Shown here: positions 62,932 to 64,000 of the stretch, in pieces | How the letters are laid out: every line of letters starts with the position of its first letter | Numbering within the stretch: position 1 is the first letter of the stretch | From: Eledone cirrhosa | Lineage: Eukaryota | Reading direction: 5' to 3' | DNA length: 64,000 nucleotides | NCBI GenBank assembly: GCA_964016885.1 | Contig: OZ024745.1 | Span: 106,888,001 to 106,952,000 of the forward strand | Notes under the pieces: generated by a model | The model's database searches: none | What the model was told of the DNA's origin: nothing | Seen by the model: only the letters and a program-made list of their open reading frames with translations | Translations under genes and position numbers: made by a program

Positions 62932-63572
62932 ATGGTGGCTGCCAACTCGTTTTCGAGTACGGCCACTACTTTACATCCATGTAGGATAACCCCTACCGAA
63001 GCGCTGAACGAGTGTGACTTTTTAGTCCAGCCAGCGACTTGAAACCTCTGGTACAAACACTACACCTGTGACAATCATTGACACATAGTGCTAGGCCCAT
63101 GGTAGGACAATTATTGACACATAGTGCTGGGCCCATGTGAGGACAAGTGCAGAGAGATCTCCAGATATAAAGCAATGCCTGTGCCGTGAAGCTTTTATAG
63201 TGAGCAAAGGCACTGCACAAAGCCAGTCCCACTCTCTTAACCAAGATGCTATTTACCAAAAAGAAGAACAAGTCAACATCATTGGATACCATCAGGGTTG
63301 CAGGTGTTATATCAGAGTTTTCCTTCTCCTAGAATTCTGCCTTGACTAAGGCTAAAGGGGTCATCTCTCCCGGTGATTTTGGATGGCCATTGACTCTTAA
63401 GAGCTCCTTTGGCCTTTGACAGGTTTTGTTTTTAGTCCTGCAGGATGTCCAAAGTCACCCTCCTCACCAAGAAACCTTGGTGGGGTTGCCAGTTTAGTCG
63501 CCAACGACCCGACCATGAGACAGGTTGTACTGGGATACATGTTACCAGTAGCACCAACTGGTGACCTGACAT
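62932..63572 (-). mobile_element. Bipartite non-autonomous RTE-derived retroelement (5' UTR joined to 3' end with zinc-finger relic)
   Basis: RTE-type 5' UTR motif CTAGGAGAAGGAAAACTCTGAT; 3' part encodes HRCSVCTRGFKSLAGLKSH; no EN or RT in between; TA-flanked; second copy at 39275-39674. Confidence 0.75.
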
Positions 63573-64000
63573 AATATATATATATATATACATACATATA
63601 TACATATATATATATATCGATCGGTAAAGGTAACTATAGTAGGTAAAGTCAATTTTTTAAAATTTATTTTGAAACTTTTTCATTATTTGCTAAACCTTGT
63701 TTATATATGTTCTGGCTCGTTAATTTATTAACCTGCCATTGAACCACATTGGCATTTGATTGGACAATACATGCGTCCCTTAGTGCCTTGTGCGTGAAGG
63801 AACACATATCCTATTATTACTACTCTCCTCTATTGTTGAGAGACAAATTGGGTCGTTTCGACTGCTGCTAGTGATAGTTGCGGCCGGTTTGACCTACCTC
63901 CCTCTGCCTCTAACTTTACTTCGGCCCTTGAAAAAATTGATTCCACTTCATTCACTCTCATCTCGGGAACAGTTTTGGATAGCGCTAGTTCGTAATTTAA

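Noticed and set aside
62993-63292. Host C2H2 zinc-finger gene
   Set aside because: A single incomplete finger inside a duplicated retroelement; the frame is not preserved in the 39-kb copy.

Overview
AT-rich, microsatellite-dense animal genomic DNA. The repeat families suggest an octopod cephalopod (inference, not verified). Only one likely host coding exon is visible: minus strand 15989-14834, a long Ser/Thr/Pro-rich N-terminus ending in a signal-peptide-like hydrophobic stretch at a consensus CAG|GTAAGT donor. The rest is intronic or intergenic: large (TA/CA/TACA)n and (GA)n tracts, three minisatellites, many tRNA-derived SINEs (often in head-to-tail arrays), decayed LINEs (RTE with C2H2 fingers, RTE-X-like, R4/Dong-like), a hAT-Charlie transposase relic, MITEs and a non-autonomous Helitron. 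All very long ORFs in the track are artefacts of alternating purine-pyrimidine repeats. The most notable pattern is about 15 short elements from several unrelated families sitting in (TA)n runs with the same layout: (TA)n, inverted copy of the 5' part (fold-back hairpin), element, 3' tail, microsatellite. Related pieces carry hammerhead ribozyme motifs (one structurally complete at 60986-61065, minus) and one keeps a Penelope-type endonuclease C-terminus, pointing to a Penelope-like retroelement system. A bipartite RTE-derived element also carries a degenerate HDV-like ribozyme fold.
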